The notes under the pieces: model-generated
Databases searched by the model: none
What the model was told of the DNA's origin: nothing
What the model saw: the letters and a program-made list of their open reading frames with translations, nothing else
NCBI GenBank assembly: GCA_964471775.1
Contig: CAYYHL010000002.1
Span: 1 to 28,795 of the forward strand
Reading direction: 5' to 3'
Length of the DNA: 28,795 nt
From: an uncultured Clostridia bacterium
GTDB taxonomy: Bacteria; Aerophobota; Aerophobia; Aerophobales; AE-B3A
Part shown: positions 27,166 through 28,795 of the stretch, one piece after another
How positions within the stretch are numbered: the first letter of the stretch is position 1
Layout of the letters: the number at the start of each line of letters is the position of its first letter
Translations under genes and position numbers: made by a program

Positions 27166-27441
27166 TCGCCCGTCGTAGCTGAGAGCGAGAGGAAGGTCCT
27201 CTCTCTTGGGCAGGGAGTCAAATCCATGAAGAACACGGTCTGTTTCTGTTCGGGTAAACTACCCGTACCCCATTCTGAAGGTGAATGGTTCGCTCTTCCT
27301 TCACCATTCTCTCCAGGGCTCGCTTTGCCAATCCCGCCTCATAAGTGGTGCAATATGGCTGAGAGCCCTCGGGGCACAACAAAGGAGACCACAGAATACG
27401 TCATCAAAGCTGCCATGAGGAATAGCATGGAGGCCGAGTAA
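27166..27441 (+). pseudogene. remnant of a second XRE-cupin regulator (HTH deleted, cupin decayed)
   Basis: 27166-27222 encodes SPVVAESERKVLSLGQGVK versus SPVVRESERKVLSLGEGVN at 5315-5371 (16/19 identical). The same frame continues to PHSEGEW and IPPHKWCN, which resemble cupin motifs. Confidence 0.75.
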
Positions 27442-27477
27442 GAGGCCTCGTGATAATAGTCTGAAGGAGGGCTCGAG

Positions 27478-28338
27478 ATGAGCAAAATAGGTGCGCATGT
27501 GTTCATATGGACGTCAGGATCCCTTGACGAAAAGCTGAAAAGCTTTTCCCGGGCAAAAGAAATTGGATTCGACGGCGTTGAGGTATCAATAGAAGACACG
27601 TCCATAGGGTTTGAACAGGTTAAACGAGCGCGAAAGGAACTGGAAAGAGTCGGACTAGAGTGCACGTGTGGGACGGGGTTGGGAAAAAGTGAAAACTTGA
27701 TTGATGAAGATGAGGTTGTAAGGGAGCGAGGAAAGCAGCATCTAAGAAGAGCGATTGGTATTTGCTCGGACATGGGCAGTCATATTTTGAGTGGAGTGCT
27801 CTATGGTGCTTTCCAGATGTCAAAGGGTAGAGGGAGAACTCAGGAAGAGTGGGATCTTGCTGTGACGTTACTGAGAGAGGCAGCGGAATTTGCAGAGGAT
27901 AAAGGGGTCACTCTTTGCCTCGAATTTGCTAACCGCTACGAAACCTATTTCCTGAATACTGCTGAGGATGCACTCCGCCTGGCAAGAGATATTGGTAGGA
28001 ATAATGTAAAAGTTCACTTTGATACCTACCACATGAATATCGAGGAAAAGGAGTTTTATGCCCCCATTGTCAATAGCAGGGGATACCTTGGACATCTCCA
28101 CATCTCAGAAAACGACCGAGGTATCCCGGGCACGGGACACGTGAACTGGGACCAGGTTTTTAAAGGCTTATCTGAGATTGACTACAAGGGGTGGCTCGTT
28201 ATCGAGGGATTTTACGGGTACATAAAGGAACTAGCTATCGCTACGTCAATTTGGCGCAAACTGGCAGAGGATCCTGAGGATTTTGCGGTTCAAGGGCTAA
28301 AGTTCGTCCGAGAAAAGGCAAAGGAGTATGGACTTTAG
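27478..28338 (+). CDS. D-tagatose / D-psicose 3-epimerase family ketose epimerase
   Basis: IGFDGVE, LCLEFANRYE, FDTYHMNIEE, HLHISENDRGIPGTG, VIEGF (E-D-H-E metal site). Confidence 0.93.
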   Translation: MSKIGAHVFIWTSGSLDEKLKSFSRAKEIGFDGVEVSIEDTSIGFEQVKRARKELERVGLECTCGTGLGKSENLIDEDEVVRERGKQHLRRAIGICSDMGSHILSGVLYGAFQMSKGRGRTQEEWDLAVTLLREAAEFAEDKGVTLCLEFANRYETYFLNTAEDALRLARDIGRNNVKVHFDTYHMNIEEKEFYAPIVNSRGYLGHLHISENDRGIPGTGHVNWDQVFKGLSEIDYKGWLVIEGFYGYIKELAIATSIWRKLAEDPEDFAVQGLKFVREKAKEYGL

Positions 28339-28339
28339 A

Positions 28340-28795
28340 CCTTAATGCATGGGTCACCTTGAACCGAAAGATTGAAGAGCAGGGCAAGACAGAACTGATG
28401 TTCTTCTCGATAAGATGTAAAGCCCCGGCGTAGGCAGAAATTTGCACCTCTTCCTCGATCATCTCGAAAAAAGTCCGAACATCGTCCTGTTCCCGGGTCT
28501 CAGCGATTCCTCCAGAAGATGAATCCGGATCACGCTCGTAGGCTGTAGGTGGGGATCTCGACAATTTTCTCGGTTATGCGGAAAAAAGTCCGAACATCGT
28601 CCGTCCCCCGGAGCCAAGCGAAAATAGTGGGGGAAGATGAAAGGCGGTCTAATCCCAGGAGAATGAAGTATTTAGGAAGGTTCGAACTCCTGGAATCTTA
28701 ATGGTCTTGAAGATTTCTTCCAGAAAGACCTTCAACAATGCCCGCTCATCTTTCCAATGCAGGTCAAGGCATTATTACAACCTGGTTATTGAGGA
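28340..28795 (-). pseudogene. decayed gene for a protein with ~38-aa internal repeats
   Basis: Different minus-strand frames give IAETREQDDVRTFFEMIEEEVQISAY, FAWLRGTDDVRTFFRITEKIVEIPTY and a weaker KVFLEEIFKTIKIP; interrupted by stops and frameshifts. Confidence 0.45.
28466..28602. repeat. 22-bp perfect direct repeat, two copies, 115-bp period, with weaker flanking similarity
   Basis: GAAAAAAGTCCGAACATCGTCC at 28466-28487 and 28581-28602. Confidence 0.9.

Noticed and set aside
28466-28602. 22-bp direct repeat as a CRISPR array
   Set aside because: Only two copies, 93-bp spacer, similarity extends into the flanks, and no cas genes.
1-28795. UGA reassignment (alternative genetic code)
   Set aside because: Full-length conserved genes end in TGA with coupled starts (GTGA, ATGA, TGATG); no real gene needs read-through.

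Overview
This is a gene-dense bacterial window with standard genetic code, GGAGG-type RBSs and sigma70-type promoters. It has three parts. (1) 1-4000, minus strand: a probable operon of a sulfite-oxidase-family molybdoenzyme, an 87-aa two-His membrane protein, a TIGR04283-like GT2 glycosyltransferase and the 5' end of an FAD oxidoreductase. Small hypothetical genes lie upstream of it. (2) 4436-4964: an internally deleted IS5/IS1182-like element that keeps both terminal inverted repeats. (3) 5081-28338: a ~23 kb carbohydrate or carbohydrate-acid catabolic island headed by an XRE-cupin regulator. It encodes two ABC importers (CUT1 and CUT2 types), an E1 alpha/beta pair with no E2/E3, a maleate-isomerase-family protein, a FucI-like isomerase and a divergent DRE-TIM (homocitrate/isopropylmalate synthase-like) enzyme. 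It also encodes a Gfo/Idh/MocA dehydrogenase, a split transketolase, an SDR, two URO-D/MtaA-like proteins, a transaldolase-fold aldolase lacking its phosphate pocket, a VOC epimerase-like protein and a D-tagatose/psicose 3-epimerase-family protein. No kinase or glycosidase is visible, so the island may be an undescribed route for non-phosphorylated or modified (methylated, branched, sulfonated) sugars. Several intergenic gaps hold decayed gene remnants, including a piece of a second XRE-cupin gene. No rRNA, complete tRNA or CRISPR array was found. Family assignments come from motif recognition by eye, not database searches.
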